Positions 20,406 through 32,041 of a DNA stretch of 64,000 nucleotides are shown here, piece after piece (within the stretch, counting starts at the first letter, position 1; each line of letters begins with the position of its first letter). Under the pieces are notes generated by a model. That model saw only the letters and a list, made by a program, of their open reading frames with translations, ran no database searches and was not told the origin of the DNA. This DNA is from Candidatus Parcubacteria bacterium (GTDB lineage Bacteria > Patescibacteriota > Minisyncoccia > UBA6257 > 2-01-FULL-56-20): contig DAIDJL010000002.1 in the NCBI GenBank assembly GCA_027450205.1, forward strand, positions 7,870 through 71,869. The letters run 5' to 3'. The position numbers were made by a program, and so were the translations under genes.

Positions 20406-21038
20406 TTAGAGGGCGTTCAGGCTTGTCCCTGCTTCGTACGTGCTCGTACTGTTTCCGCCATCGCTGGTCTCAACGTCGGCAGAACCTCCGGTGGTGTACT
20501 TGGAACTCTCCATCTTTGTGGCAAGCTTGAAGACCGTCGATGATGCGGCATACATGTACATATTCTGGCCGCTATTCACCGGATCAACCGGCAAGCTGCT
20601 TAAAGGAGCTCCCGAGCTCACCGCATTGAAGTCAATCGGAATCCATCCGGTGCCATTGACTGCACGCGACGTATTGATAGCGACCGCCCCTTCGCCTCCG
20701 GCAAAACCCCACCACGTGGGTCCAGCGGTGTTGTAATTGGTCATTGTAGTGGATGCTCCGGAATTCGCAGTAAAGAGATCAAAAGATCCATCTCCTGTTC
20801 CTCCCTGGCCCGTAGCTCCATACATAGGAGTCGAGGTTGATACGTCCGTCGCATAGAGCGACAAAGCGCTCTTTAGCGTGGCGAAGTCGGAAAGACGGTT
20901 TGAATCCCGCGCCTGGCGCAAAAGTTCCGCCGGATTCAACGTCAAAACGACCACGACCGCCAACACCGCGATGATCGCGATAACCACGAGCAACTCAATA
21001 AGGGTGAAGCCTTTTCGGTTTTTTCTATTTTTTATCAT
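20406..21038 (-). CDS. Type IV major pilin (PilA-like)
   Basis: MIKNRKNRKG-FTLIELLVVIAI. It has its own terminator. Confidence 0.75.
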   Translation of the reverse strand: MIKNRKNRKGFTLIELLVVIAIIAVLAVVVVLTLNPAELLRQARDSNRLSDFATLKSALSLYATDVSTSTPMYGATGQGGTGDGSFDLFTANSGASTTMTNYNTAGPTWWGFAGGEGAVAINTSRAVNGTGWIPIDFNAVSSGAPLSSLPVDPVNSGQNMYMYAASSTVFKLATKMESSKYTTGGSADVETSDGGNSTSTYEAGTSLNAL

Positions 21039-21127
21039 TTCTATATTTTTACTCTATTAAATAGACTCTAGAGAACTTCGACCTTTCCATCTATTCCCTT
21101 AATGATATCATATCGTACTCGCGGAAC

Positions 21128-21889
21128 CTATCCTGTGGATAACGGCAAAAATCCATCGGGAAGCGGAGCTTCAAATGCGAACCGGCTTCCGCCTATGCCG
21201 TCCGAAAACTCGAGCGCCGCCGCGTGAAGCATCATACGCGGCGCGGCGCGGTGGCGGGAGATTTCAATGGCGCGGGAAGTTTTTGTTCCATATAGCGCAT
21301 CCCCCACGATCGGATGCCCGATGCTCGCAAGATGCACGCGGATCTGATGCGTCCGTCCGGTTTTCGGATTCACTTTCAACAAAGAAAATCCATTCCCTCT
21401 ATCATCGCTAAAGGTTTTTTCCACGGAATATTCCGTCACCGCCGGTTTTGCCATCTTGGATGAATGAATGCTCCGCTTGAGCGACCCGGCTCTGATGCCG
21501 ATCGGGGCATCGATCACGCCCTTTTTATTTTTTGGCACACCGGACACGAGCGCATAATACGTTTTCCTCATGCGGTGTTCCTGGAATAATTTTTTGAGCC
21601 GATCGAATGACGCCTGCGTCTTTGCGACGGCCATCACGCCCGACGTCGCCTTATCCAGCCGGTGCACGATGCCCGGCCGGAGCGCCGGGTCGTCGCCGAC
21701 GGTCTTTATTCCGGGATAGCGGCCGAGCAGCCAGTCGACGAGCGTCGGCTCTGCGGCGGGCGCTTCGTCCATGCGACGCACGGCGCCACGGCGCTTGCCG
21801 CTCACCCGTGCGGCATGCACCATCAGCCCCGCCGGCTTGTTGATGATCACGAAGTCATCGTTCTCAAAAATGATCTGCGGCTCGTTCAT
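21128..21889 (-). CDS. RluA-family pseudouridine synthase
   Basis: HRLDKATSGVMAVAKT catalytic-Asp motif. Confidence 0.8.
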   Translation of the reverse strand: MNEPQIIFENDDFVIINKPAGLMVHAARVSGKRRGAVRRMDEAPAAEPTLVDWLLGRYPGIKTVGDDPALRPGIVHRLDKATSGVMAVAKTQASFDRLKKLFQEHRMRKTYYALVSGVPKNKKGVIDAPIGIRAGSLKRSIHSSKMAKPAVTEYSVEKTFSDDRGNGFSLLKVNPKTGRTHQIRVHLASIGHPIVGDALYGTKTSRAIEISRHRAAPRMMLHAAALEFSDGIGGSRFAFEAPLPDGFLPLSTG

Positions 21890-21921
21890 GGTGCTTATAT
21901 TGGTATCTTATCACCTCGCAC

Positions 21922-21982
21922 AAAAAAAGCAGCCTTATCGCCGAACGGTCATCTGCCTGGAGGCGATAAGGCTGCTTTTTTT
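21922..21982. terminator. Long palindromic hairpin (aaaaaaagcagccttatcgcc ...loop... ggcgataaggctgcttttttt) between rluA and tRNA-Ile.
   Basis: About 20-bp perfect arms with a T7/A7 run on each side. Confidence 0.55.
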
Positions 21983-21983
21983 G

Positions 21984-22055
21984 TGCGCGTACTTGGAATC
22001 GAACCAAGGACCTTTTCATTATCAGTGAAATGCTCTACCACTGAGCTACACGCGC
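21984..22055 (-). tRNA. tRNA-Ile(GAT), no encoded CCA.
   Basis: Hand-folded reverse complement: gcgcgtgtagctcagtggtagagc...ctGATaa...ggttcgattcc...tacgcgca. Confidence 0.8.
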
Positions 22056-22072
22056 GCTTGCCGCCGAAGCGG

Positions 22073-22144
22073 TGCGCGATGGAGGGATCGGACCTCCGGC
22101 CTTCACAATGTCAATGTGACGCTCTACCACTGAGCTAATCGCGC
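22073..22144 (-). tRNA. tRNA-Val(GAC), no encoded CCA.
   Basis: Hand-folded reverse complement: gcgcgattagctcagtggtagagc...ttGACat...ggaggtccgatccctcc atcgcgca. Confidence 0.8.
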
Positions 22145-22216
22145 CGGACGGACCGCGCGGGCATGGTTCATCATACGGCCATGCGCGCGAATTTTCAAGG
22201 TGTGTCCCCGCCGCCG

Positions 22217-22558
22217 CTATCGCCTGGTAGTGGTGGCCGCCGCACCAGGCAATGCAGGCGTGGCGGAGGCAATCGATGCCGTCGTTGATGCGCCTTGCGC
22301 GAAAGCGGAAGTCGCAGTAGGCGCGGGCGCGGCGGCCGGAGAAGAAGTGCCGACAGCGATACCGCGCAGATCGAGCCGTGCCGCGCCCGTAAGGTTGAAG
22401 CTGTCCGATGGCTGTGCCGGCGTGAACGTAAACGCCCGATAGATCTCGGTATAAATGCCGTTGCTCGCCCACAGGTAGAACGAAAGGAGAACGACGAGCA
22501 GGATCAGCGCGAGCGCGGCGATGACAGTATCGGGATGTGAATAAAAAAACTTTTTCAT
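22217..22558 (-). CDS. Hypothetical membrane-anchored protein with an Ala/Thr/Pro-rich tail, next to the PilO-like gene (pilus assembly accessory?).
   Basis: Start taken at the internal MKKFFYSHPDTVIAALALILLVVLL, 1 nt after the upstream stop. Confidence 0.35.
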   Translation of the reverse strand: MKKFFYSHPDTVIAALALILLVVLLSFYLWASNGIYTEIYRAFTFTPAQPSDSFNLTGAARLDLRGIAVGTSSPAAAPAPTATSAFAQGASTTASIASATPALPGAAATTTRR

Positions 22559-22559
22559 A

Positions 22560-23093
22560 TCATTGGGAGAATACCGTTCCCTGCCCCTGGATGGAATAAT
22601 TCGTCCCGTCCCCGGTAACGTCGAACGTGTTGAAAGCAACGAGGAATCCCGACGACTTCGCGCTCACAAAATCAAAGAATGCGGCAAGATTGCTCAACGA
22701 CCCGGAAGCACTGAACGAAAAGATCGCGCTGCCCGGAGTGCTGCCCTGAGACGGAGTAACGGATCCCTGGAATTCGGCGGTGGCATTGACACCATAGTTT
22801 TTTCCCTGCGCGGTGAACCATTGCGCAAAAGCGACAAGGCCATACTGGCTTGGAACAAGCTGGCTTATCGCCGCCTCGTATTGTGCCGCCTGCGCAGCTT
22901 GCCCTTTAAGGCTCGCAAGATTTGCCACGGCTGCGTTCTGGCGGTTAAGCGCCGCGCGGGCGCTCACGATCGCATCGGCATTTGCGGAGAGGTCGCCGAT
23001 AAAGAAATACAACGCACCCCATGTGATGGCAATACTTGCCACGATGATGCCAAAACCGATCCATAAGCGTTTTGCAAACCGTTCATTCATCAT
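22560..23093 (-). CDS. PilO-like pilus assembly protein (N-terminal TM, coiled coil, C-terminal domain). Assignment is tentative.
   Basis: Topology and position in the pilus locus only. Confidence 0.4.
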   Translation of the reverse strand: MMNERFAKRLWIGFGIIVASIAITWGALYFFIGDLSANADAIVSARAALNRQNAAVANLASLKGQAAQAAQYEAAISQLVPSQYGLVAFAQWFTAQGKNYGVNATAEFQGSVTPSQGSTPGSAIFSFSASGSLSNLAAFFDFVSAKSSGFLVAFNTFDVTGDGTNYSIQGQGTVFSQ

Positions 23094-23185
23094 ACCCTCT
23101 TTATTATAGTAAAAATACGGAATTAAAACACTGTTAAACGGAATTTCGCGATTTTAAAGAAGTCTGCTAGTCTCAAAACCATTCC

Positions 23186-24232
23186 ATGAACGAAACGCTC
23201 TTTTATCACGCGGTTGCCGTCGCGGCGCATGGCAGCTATCGCTCAATAAAAAACTACCGCGGGAATGCGGGAACCTGGGAGGCCGCATACCACGCGCTTA
23301 AGGAAGCCGGCATACCAGCCCCCGATCCGCGCAAGGAATACGAACGCCTGTGGCAGCTGGACATACGCCTCGCAATGGCGACCGATCCGGAATACCCTGA
23401 TGCACTCCGCCATATTTCTCATCCGCCGTTCGGCATCTATCTCCGCGGCGCGGCGCTCGCAGCGGCGCGACCTGCGACCGCAAAAGAATCGACACTTGCC
23501 GTCGTCGGCACCCGCCGGGCGAGCGCGGAGGGGAAAACAGTCGCGCGGCGCTTTGCGCGCGAGCTTGCGGCATCGGGATTTATGATCGCAAGCGGCCTCG
23601 CGTTCGGCATCGACGCGGCGGCACACGAGGGAACGCTCGACGCCAGCGGAGCAACCGTCGCCATCCTCGCCGGCGGACTGGACAATGTCTATCCCCGCTC
23701 GCATAGCGCACTCGCGCGGCGGATCATCGAAAACGGCGGTACGCTCATTTCGGAATATCCGCCGGGCGAGCCGCCAGTTGAATACCGGTTCATCGAACGC
23801 AATCGGATCATAAGCGGCATTTCCCGCGGCGTGCTCATCGTGGAAGCCCCTGTATCGTCCGGCGCGCTCGCCACCGCGCGCTATGCCGCGGAACAAAACC
23901 GCGAAGTGTTCGTGGTCCCCGGCTCTACCACCACGGCAGGCTTTAAAGGTTCTCACGCACTTATCCGTCAAGGGGCAGAGCTCGTCACGTCACCCGACGA
24001 TATTTTGGACGCGTATGACATCGATAAAAAGAAAAATGCCGCCGCGCGAAGCGGCAAGGCGTCCCCCGAAGAAATCCTTATTCTAAAAGCCCTCGCGGAG
24101 ATCCGAACGCGTGCTGACGTTGACAAATTAGCGGCAATGACTAGACTGGAACCCCGCATGGTCAATCAAACCCTCAGCTTCCTTTTAATAAGAGGAATTA
24201 TCAAAGAATCGAATGGAGGGTATACAATATAG
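23186..24232 (+). CDS. dprA: DNA processing protein A (DprA/Smf)
   Basis: Rossmann-like core LAVVGTRRASAEG...GIDAAAHEG...YPRSH...VVPG plus a C-terminal wHTH. Confidence 0.8.
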   Translation: MNETLFYHAVAVAAHGSYRSIKNYRGNAGTWEAAYHALKEAGIPAPDPRKEYERLWQLDIRLAMATDPEYPDALRHISHPPFGIYLRGAALAAARPATAKESTLAVVGTRRASAEGKTVARRFARELAASGFMIASGLAFGIDAAAHEGTLDASGATVAILAGGLDNVYPRSHSALARRIIENGGTLISEYPPGEPPVEYRFIERNRIISGISRGVLIVEAPVSSGALATARYAAEQNREVFVVPGSTTTAGFKGSHALIRQGAELVTSPDDILDAYDIDKKKNAAARSGKASPEEILILKALAEIRTRADVDKLAAMTRLEPRMVNQTLSFLLIRGIIKESNGGYTI

Positions 24233-24257
24233 ATAATTTACTTTATATTATCCGCAC

Positions 24258-26564
<2,307 letters not shown>

Positions 26565-26572
26565 CAACGGTC

Positions 26573-28342
26573 ATGCACGCACGCGCTGCCGCCATCAAGG
26601 AACTCTATAAAAAAGAACCCGATAGCATGATCGGGAGAGCATATGCGTTCGCGGAGAAGGCGCATGCGGGACAGAAGCGGAAAAGCGGCGAACCATATTT
26701 CAATCACTCGATCGCGACGGGCGGAATACTGCGATCGTGGCACCTGGATGACGCCACCGTCGCCGCCGGCATCCTCCACGACACCGTAGAGGATACCGGC
26801 GTGCCGCTTGAAACGATAAAAAAAGAGTTCGGCGAAGAGGTGGCGTTCCTCGTGGACGGCGTCACCAAGCTCGGACACATCAAATATCGCGAAATACCCG
26901 CGCGGGACGGCAGTGCGGCGGCCAAGAAGGAGCCCATCCGGCAAAGCATGGAAGAAGCCCGGGCGGAGAATCTCCGGAAGATGGTGCTTGCGCTCAGCCA
27001 GGATCTGCGGGTGGTGTTCATCAAGCTCGCCGACCGGCTGCATAACATGCAAACACTCTCCGCGCTCCCCCCGGCAAAGCAAAAGCGCATCGCGCTTGAG
27101 ACCGACGAAATCTACGCATCGCTCGCATACCGCCTCGGCATGCATAATGTGAGCGGCGAACTGCAGGACCTCGCGTTCCCCTATCTCCATCCGCGCGAAT
27201 ACGAATGGCTGCTTTCGGCAACGAAAGAACGATATGCCGAGCGGGCAAAATATCTTGAAAAAATAAAACCTCAGATAAAAAAGATCCTGGAGGACCACGA
27301 CATTAAGCCGCTTGATATCGAGATCCGCGCGAAGCGCTACAGCAGCCTCTACAAAAAATTATTGAAGCGCGACATGGATATCGAGCGCGTACACGACCTG
27401 GTTGCGATGCGCATCATCGTAAAAACGCTCCCCGAATGCTACGCCGCGCTCGGCGTGATCCACGAAGCGTGGCCGCCGCTTCCGCGCCGCATCAAGGACT
27501 ATATCGCCATGCCCAAGCCGAATGCATATCGGAGCCTGCACACCACCGTCATCGGACCCGACGGAAAACGCGTCGAGATCCAGATCCGCACGAAAGAAAT
27601 GCATGACGAGAATGAATACGGAGTGGCCGCCCACTGGTTGTATAAGCAGAAACAGGAGGGAGCGGCCATATCGGGGAAAAAGCTCGCACAGGAGATCGCG
27701 TGGGTACAACAGCTCAAGAATTGGCAGGAACGCTTTACGGGAAACGCCGACGACCCCGAAGAGTTCATCCGCGCGATGAAGATCGATTTCTTCACCGACC
27801 GGATCTTCGCCGTCACGCCGCGCGGCGACGTGATAGACCTCCCTGCCGGCTCCACGCCGATCGATTTCGCATATCATGTCCATTCCGAGATCGGCAATTC
27901 CGCGACGGGCGCCAAGGTGAACGGCGTCATGAGCACGCTCGATCATCCGCTCAAATCCGGCGATGTCGTTGAAATTCTGGCGCAAAAGGGGAAGAAACCA
28001 TCCGAGGACTGGCTCCGCTTCGCAAAAACGACGATCGCGCGCGACCATATCCGCCTGGCGCTGCGAAAAAAGAACGTGTTCGCACGCATGCTCAGCCTGC
28101 CCTCGCACGCCGAATTGAAAATAACCGTCGAGGACCGCGTCGGCCTCATCAAAGATATCTCCGGATCGATCGCCGAAATGCATATCGGCATCATGAGCTT
28201 CCACACCGAACCGGCCGCCGGCAAACGGTTCCACATTACCAAAGTGGATATCCAATCGACGGATAAAAAGAAGATCGAAAAGCTCGTCGCAAAACTTCGG
28301 GATATAAAAGGAGTAAGGGACGTTGGCTATCGGCTGATCTGA
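26573..28342 (+). CDS. rel: Bifunctional (p)ppGpp synthetase/hydrolase (RelA/SpoT family)
   Basis: HD domain (HDTVEDT), synthetase domain, TGS and ACT. Start taken at MHARAAAIKELY. Confidence 0.85.
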   Translation: MHARAAAIKELYKKEPDSMIGRAYAFAEKAHAGQKRKSGEPYFNHSIATGGILRSWHLDDATVAAGILHDTVEDTGVPLETIKKEFGEEVAFLVDGVTKLGHIKYREIPARDGSAAAKKEPIRQSMEEARAENLRKMVLALSQDLRVVFIKLADRLHNMQTLSALPPAKQKRIALETDEIYASLAYRLGMHNVSGELQDLAFPYLHPREYEWLLSATKERYAERAKYLEKIKPQIKKILEDHDIKPLDIEIRAKRYSSLYKKLLKRDMDIERVHDLVAMRIIVKTLPECYAALGVIHEAWPPLPRRIKDYIAMPKPNAYRSLHTTVIGPDGKRVEIQIRTKEMHDENEYGVAAHWLYKQKQEGAAISGKKLAQEIAWVQQLKNWQERFTGNADDPEEFIRAMKIDFFTDRIFAVTPRGDVIDLPAGSTPIDFAYHVHSEIGNSATGAKVNGVMSTLDHPLKSGDVVEILAQKGKKPSEDWLRFAKTTIARDHIRLALRKKNVFARMLSLPSHAELKITVEDRVGLIKDISGSIAEMHIGIMSFHTEPAAGKRFHITKVDIQSTDKKKIEKLVAKLRDIKGVRDVGYRLI

Positions 28343-28361
28343 GCACCGCCCTTACGAAACT

Positions 28362-29471
28362 CTATCCCTGGTCTTTCCCTAATTTTCTTAAAATATCCTC
28401 CAGCTCCTCTTCTGAAAAGAAGGTGATCGTGATCTTGCCGTTATTCGCGTTCTTGCTGATCTCGACAGGCGCACCGAGTGCGCTGCTCAATTCATCCTGC
28501 ATCGCCTTTACCTCCGGAGCAAGGCGCACTTCCACGAGCGGCGGGCGGCCGCGGCGATGCGCCGCTGCACCGCCGGATGCGGTCGCCACGTGCTGGATGC
28601 GCTCCCGCACATCGCGCGTGGTCAATTTGTTCTGGACGATATCGTCAAGCAGCGCTTTCTGCATGGCAGGATCCTCGATCGCGATCAGCAGCCGCGCATT
28701 GCTCTCGGAAACCGCGCCCTCCTCCACCGCACGCTGGACGTACTCCGGCAGGTCGAGCAGGCGCACCGCGTTCGCCACCACCTCGCGGCTCTTGCCAAGC
28801 TTGGCTGCGATCTCGCGCTGGGTCATGCGGAACTCCTCCTGCAGGCGCTGGAACGCGCGCGCCATTTCGATCGGATTCAGATTCTCCCTTTGAATATTCT
28901 CTATGACGCCAAGCTCCAATTTTTCTCTCTCTAGATTTATATTGCGGACGATCGCGGGAACACGCGGAAGCCCAAGCAATTTTGCCGCCATGAATCTTCT
29001 CTCGCCCGCGATGATCTGATATTCCACTGCGATGCCGGTCGGCGTTTCCTTCTCCATCTTTGAGACCACGAGCGGCTGAAGGAACCCGAACTCGCGGATG
29101 GAACTCGCAAGCTCGTGGAGCGCCGCCTCGTCAAAATGCCGCCGCGGCTGATCCGGATTCGCGGTTATTTTTTCGATCTCAATGTGGTAAATGGATTCCT
29201 GGGGCGCAGACTCCTCGCGCTTCTGCGATTGCGGCTGAGGCTGGATTCTCTGCTCCTGTGGCTGCGGCCGTGATTGCGCAACAGGCTGAACGGGTTGGGA
29301 CAATGGCGGCACAACCGGCTGCGCCGGCGGAACGAAACCCGGATGCGATTGCTGCGGCTGGGATTGTGGTTGGGACGGTGACTGCGAAGGCTGCGCCGGC
29401 CTGTCACTGTTCGGCTCCTGGCCTTGGTTATTGCTTTTTGGTATCAACGATTCGAGTCCTTTGCCTAGCAT
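28362..29471 (-). CDS. parB: ParB partition protein with an N-terminal Q/P-rich extension of about 100 aa.
   Basis: ParB box, HTH and the conserved GERRxRA (QIIAGERRFMAA). The low-complexity N-terminus is atypical. Confidence 0.85.
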   Translation of the reverse strand: MLGKGLESLIPKSNNQGQEPNSDRPAQPSQSPSQPQSQPQQSHPGFVPPAQPVVPPLSQPVQPVAQSRPQPQEQRIQPQPQSQKREESAPQESIYHIEIEKITANPDQPRRHFDEAALHELASSIREFGFLQPLVVSKMEKETPTGIAVEYQIIAGERRFMAAKLLGLPRVPAIVRNINLEREKLELGVIENIQRENLNPIEMARAFQRLQEEFRMTQREIAAKLGKSREVVANAVRLLDLPEYVQRAVEEGAVSESNARLLIAIEDPAMQKALLDDIVQNKLTTRDVRERIQHVATASGGAAAHRRGRPPLVEVRLAPEVKAMQDELSSALGAPVEISKNANNGKITITFFSEEELEDILRKLGKDQG

Positions 29472-29486
29472 GGTGGTTATTAGCTC

Positions 29487-30308
29487 TTAAAGATTGAAGT
29501 TTCCAAAATTTTCGCTCGCGACCGGCGCAACCGCCTCGGCAAGCGCGACCTCCTGCGCCATCACTTCATTTGCCAACCGCTCGTATGCCTGAGCGCCCGG
29601 GGAGTCGGGGCGATATAAGATGATCGGCTTGGAAAAGCTCGGCGCCTCGGCGAGCGCTACCGCCCGCGGCACCTCCACATCAAACACATGGTGCGGAAAA
29701 TGTCGGCGAATGTTCTTTGAAACTTCGCGGCTCAGGTGTTCGCGCTTGTCGTACATCGTGATCACGGCGCCCGATATCTTGATCGGGTGCGCGAGATTGT
29801 CGCGGATCAGATTGACCGTCTCAAGCAATTGGCCGATACCCTCGAGCGAATAATATTCCGTCTGCACCGGGATCAGCACCTCGTCCGCGGCCACCATACC
29901 ATTCACGGTAAGCAGGCTGAGCGACGGCGGCAGGTCGATCAAAATATAATCATAACTGTGCCGCACGCGGTTCACGAATTTGCGTAAAAAATATTCGCGC
30001 TCGGGAACGTTCACAAGCTCCACGAGCGCACCCGCAAGGTGCGGCGCTGCCGGCACATAGTGGAAATTATAGATGACACTCGGCTTGATCACGGCCTCCG
30101 GCTCCATCTGCCCCAGGATGCCGTGATAGATGCTCCCTTCACCTGCCATCTGGTTATGCCCGAGCGCGGAGCTCGCGTTCGCCTGCGGATCGAAATCGAT
30201 CAGCAACACACGCTTCCCCGCCGCGGCCAGATAGGCGCCTAAATTTACGGCAGTGGTAGTTTTCCCGACTCCGCCTTTTTGATTACAGATAGCAATAACA
30301 CGCGCCAT
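29487..30308 (-). CDS. parA: ParA/Soj ATPase
   Basis: Deviant Walker A KGGVGKTT. Confidence 0.9.
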   Translation of the reverse strand: MARVIAICNQKGGVGKTTTAVNLGAYLAAAGKRVLLIDFDPQANASSALGHNQMAGEGSIYHGILGQMEPEAVIKPSVIYNFHYVPAAPHLAGALVELVNVPEREYFLRKFVNRVRHSYDYILIDLPPSLSLLTVNGMVAADEVLIPVQTEYYSLEGIGQLLETVNLIRDNLAHPIKISGAVITMYDKREHLSREVSKNIRRHFPHHVFDVEVPRAVALAEAPSFSKPIILYRPDSPGAQAYERLANEVMAQEVALAEAVAPVASENFGNFNL

Positions 30309-30377
30309 ATTACCTTGATTTTACCTTTATAAATGGCTAATATCAATTGTGCTAACAAGCGACAGTTGATGTTTTAT

Positions 30378-30463
30378 GCCCGGGTGGCGGAATGGCAGAC
30401 GCAATGGACTCAAAATCCATCGATCGCAAGGTCATGAGGGTTCGACTCCCTCCTCGGGCACCA
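30378..30463 (+). tRNA. tRNA-Leu(CAA), CCA encoded, long variable arm.
   Basis: Hand-folded. Acceptor gcccggg/ctcgggc; anticodon loop ctCAAaa; T-arm gaggg-ttcgact-ccctc. Confidence 0.85.
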
Positions 30464-30464
30464 T

Positions 30465-30499
30465 AAACAAAAGAAGCGTCTTGGACGCTTCTTTTGTTT
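30465..30499 (+). terminator. Perfect hairpin terminator (aaacaaaagaagcgtc-ttgg-acgcttcttttgttt).
   Basis: 16-bp stem plus a T-rich tail right after the tRNA. Confidence 0.6.
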
Positions 30500-30510
30500 G
30501 CTCGTTCTTA

Positions 30511-30628
30511 GAGGGAGTCGAACGCCGGAGCCAATTTTTTTAGCAGAAAAAATGGCGAGGCGGTGCCCAGACCAAATGCGAGCGACGGCGAGCATTTGAG
30601 TCGCGGGCGACTTCCTCCTCGGGCACCA
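30511..30628. repeat. tRNA-Leu(CAA) fragments: an inverted copy of the T-arm (gagggagtcgaac) and a direct 21/20-nt copy of the tRNA 3' end (cgacttcctcctcgggcacca).
   Basis: 30608-30628 matches tRNA positions 30443-30463 with 1 mismatch. 30511-30523 is the reverse complement of the T-arm. Confidence 0.7.
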
Positions 30629-30632
30629 CGCG

Positions 30633-30992
30633 TTACTTTCTCGTTCGCCTGCCAAAAACGAATTTTTGCGAAGCGCTCAACGGCTTATCTTTCCGATGGA
30701 TGCAGCCTGCCCAGCAGCAGGGACGGCGCATGCCCTCTTTCAGCTCCGAACATACCCGCTCAACATGTTCCCGCCGCGTCTCCGCTTGCTTGACCGAGGT
30801 GGTCCAGCAGATCCACTCGTTGCGCGCGAGCGGCGTAATATCCTCCCATTTTGCCAGAGCTTTGGGGTCGGACGTAAGCGCTTTTTTTAGGTCTGCCGGC
30901 AAGGCGTGGGCCACGCCGCCGGAAATTTTTTTTGCCATAACGATCGGAGTGACAATAAAGCGTTTTATATCTCCATTCTCCACGCGGCCCAC
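30633..30992 (-). CDS. YdeI/OmpD-associated family protein (DUF1801-like)
   Basis: WICWTTSVKQAETRREHVER motif. Overlaps the ilvE 3' end by about 28 nt. Confidence 0.5.
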   Translation of the reverse strand: MGRVENGDIKRFIVTPIVMAKKISGGVAHALPADLKKALTSDPKALAKWEDITPLARNEWICWTTSVKQAETRREHVERVCSELKEGMRRPCCWAGCIHRKDKPLSASQKFVFGRRTRK

Positions 30993-31936
30993 TTCCCCCC
31001 ATCGGTTCCCCGTTGCGTCGCCTCATATTTTTCGGCGATCATCTTTGTGATCGGGCCGGGCGCCGTTGTGCCGCCCGCACCGGACGCCATCGCCGCTGCA
31101 CTGCCGACGGCGCGCTTGTCCACCGAAACGATCGGCGTGATGCGCGCGGAACTGCCGGAGATGAATGCCTCGTCTGCAATATACAACTCCGTACGATCCA
31201 CCATACGCTCCTCCACCGGGATGCCCGCATCACGCGCGATCGTAATGACGCTCGCGCGGGTGATGCCTTCAAGAAGATCCGTGCTCACGCCCGGGGTGAT
31301 CAATACGCCGTTGCGCACAATGAAAATATTCGCGACCGTCGCCTCGGTGACGCGCCCCTGCGCATCAAGCACAATCGCGTCGTCATAACCATTCAAGATC
31401 GCCTCGTTCTTTATAAGCGAGTTATTGGCGTATCCGCCGTTCACCTTTGCGCGCGACGGGATCACATTGTCGATCCCGTGCGTCCAACTGGACACGCACA
31501 CATTCACGCCCGCACGCGGGAGGATCTGCCCCATCGGATAGACGTATGCGGAAAGCGACTGCGGAAGGTCGTGGATCTTCGTCCCCGCAATGAGCGCGTC
31601 CACGAACACCGTCACACGCACGAGCACATCTTCGCCCTCTATATTATTCCGTGCGACGAGCTCGCGCATCGTCGCTTCGAACTTCTCGTACGGCCACGCG
31701 GCGGCGAATCGATTAAAATCCATGATTGCCGACGAGTTCACCAACCGCTTGTAATGATCTTTTAATCTAAATGCATATCGCTTCTTCTCGGCTTCGTTCC
31801 AGTTGACGCTAAAGACAGTATAGACACTTAGGCCATACAGCACGGGCGAACTCGCGATGCTTACATTTGCATCCTTGAACGGCACGAACGAATCGCGGAA
31901 AAAGGCTTGACCAGTAATGTAATTAAAAGAGGGCAT
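30965..31936 (-). CDS. ilvE: Branched-chain amino acid aminotransferase (class IV)
   Basis: Fold-type IV PLP enzyme motifs. Confidence 0.85.
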   Translation of the reverse strand: MPSFNYITGQAFFRDSFVPFKDANVSIASSPVLYGLSVYTVFSVNWNEAEKKRYAFRLKDHYKRLVNSSAIMDFNRFAAAWPYEKFEATMRELVARNNIEGEDVLVRVTVFVDALIAGTKIHDLPQSLSAYVYPMGQILPRAGVNVCVSSWTHGIDNVIPSRAKVNGGYANNSLIKNEAILNGYDDAIVLDAQGRVTEATVANIFIVRNGVLITPGVSTDLLEGITRASVITIARDAGIPVEERMVDRTELYIADEAFISGSSARITPIVSVDKRAVGSAAAMASGAGGTTAPGPITKMIAEKYEATQRGTDGGKWAAWRMEI

Positions 31937-32041
31937 CGTGATGATTTGATTGTAAAACGATTAAATTTATTTTACAAAGCGCTATATAATATTGACTGTT
32001 CGGTCCTTTATGGATTATAACGTCAATTGGGGGGGTGGATT

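Noticed and set aside
30508-30600. Possible minus-strand tRNA containing the inverted T-arm copy
   Set aside because: Hand-folding gives no acceptor or T-stem pairing, so it is treated as a fragment and not a gene.
30410-30655. 81-aa minus-strand ORF spanning tRNA-Leu(CAA) and its repeat scar
   Set aside because: Overlaps an RNA gene and the repeats; composition is implausible for a protein.
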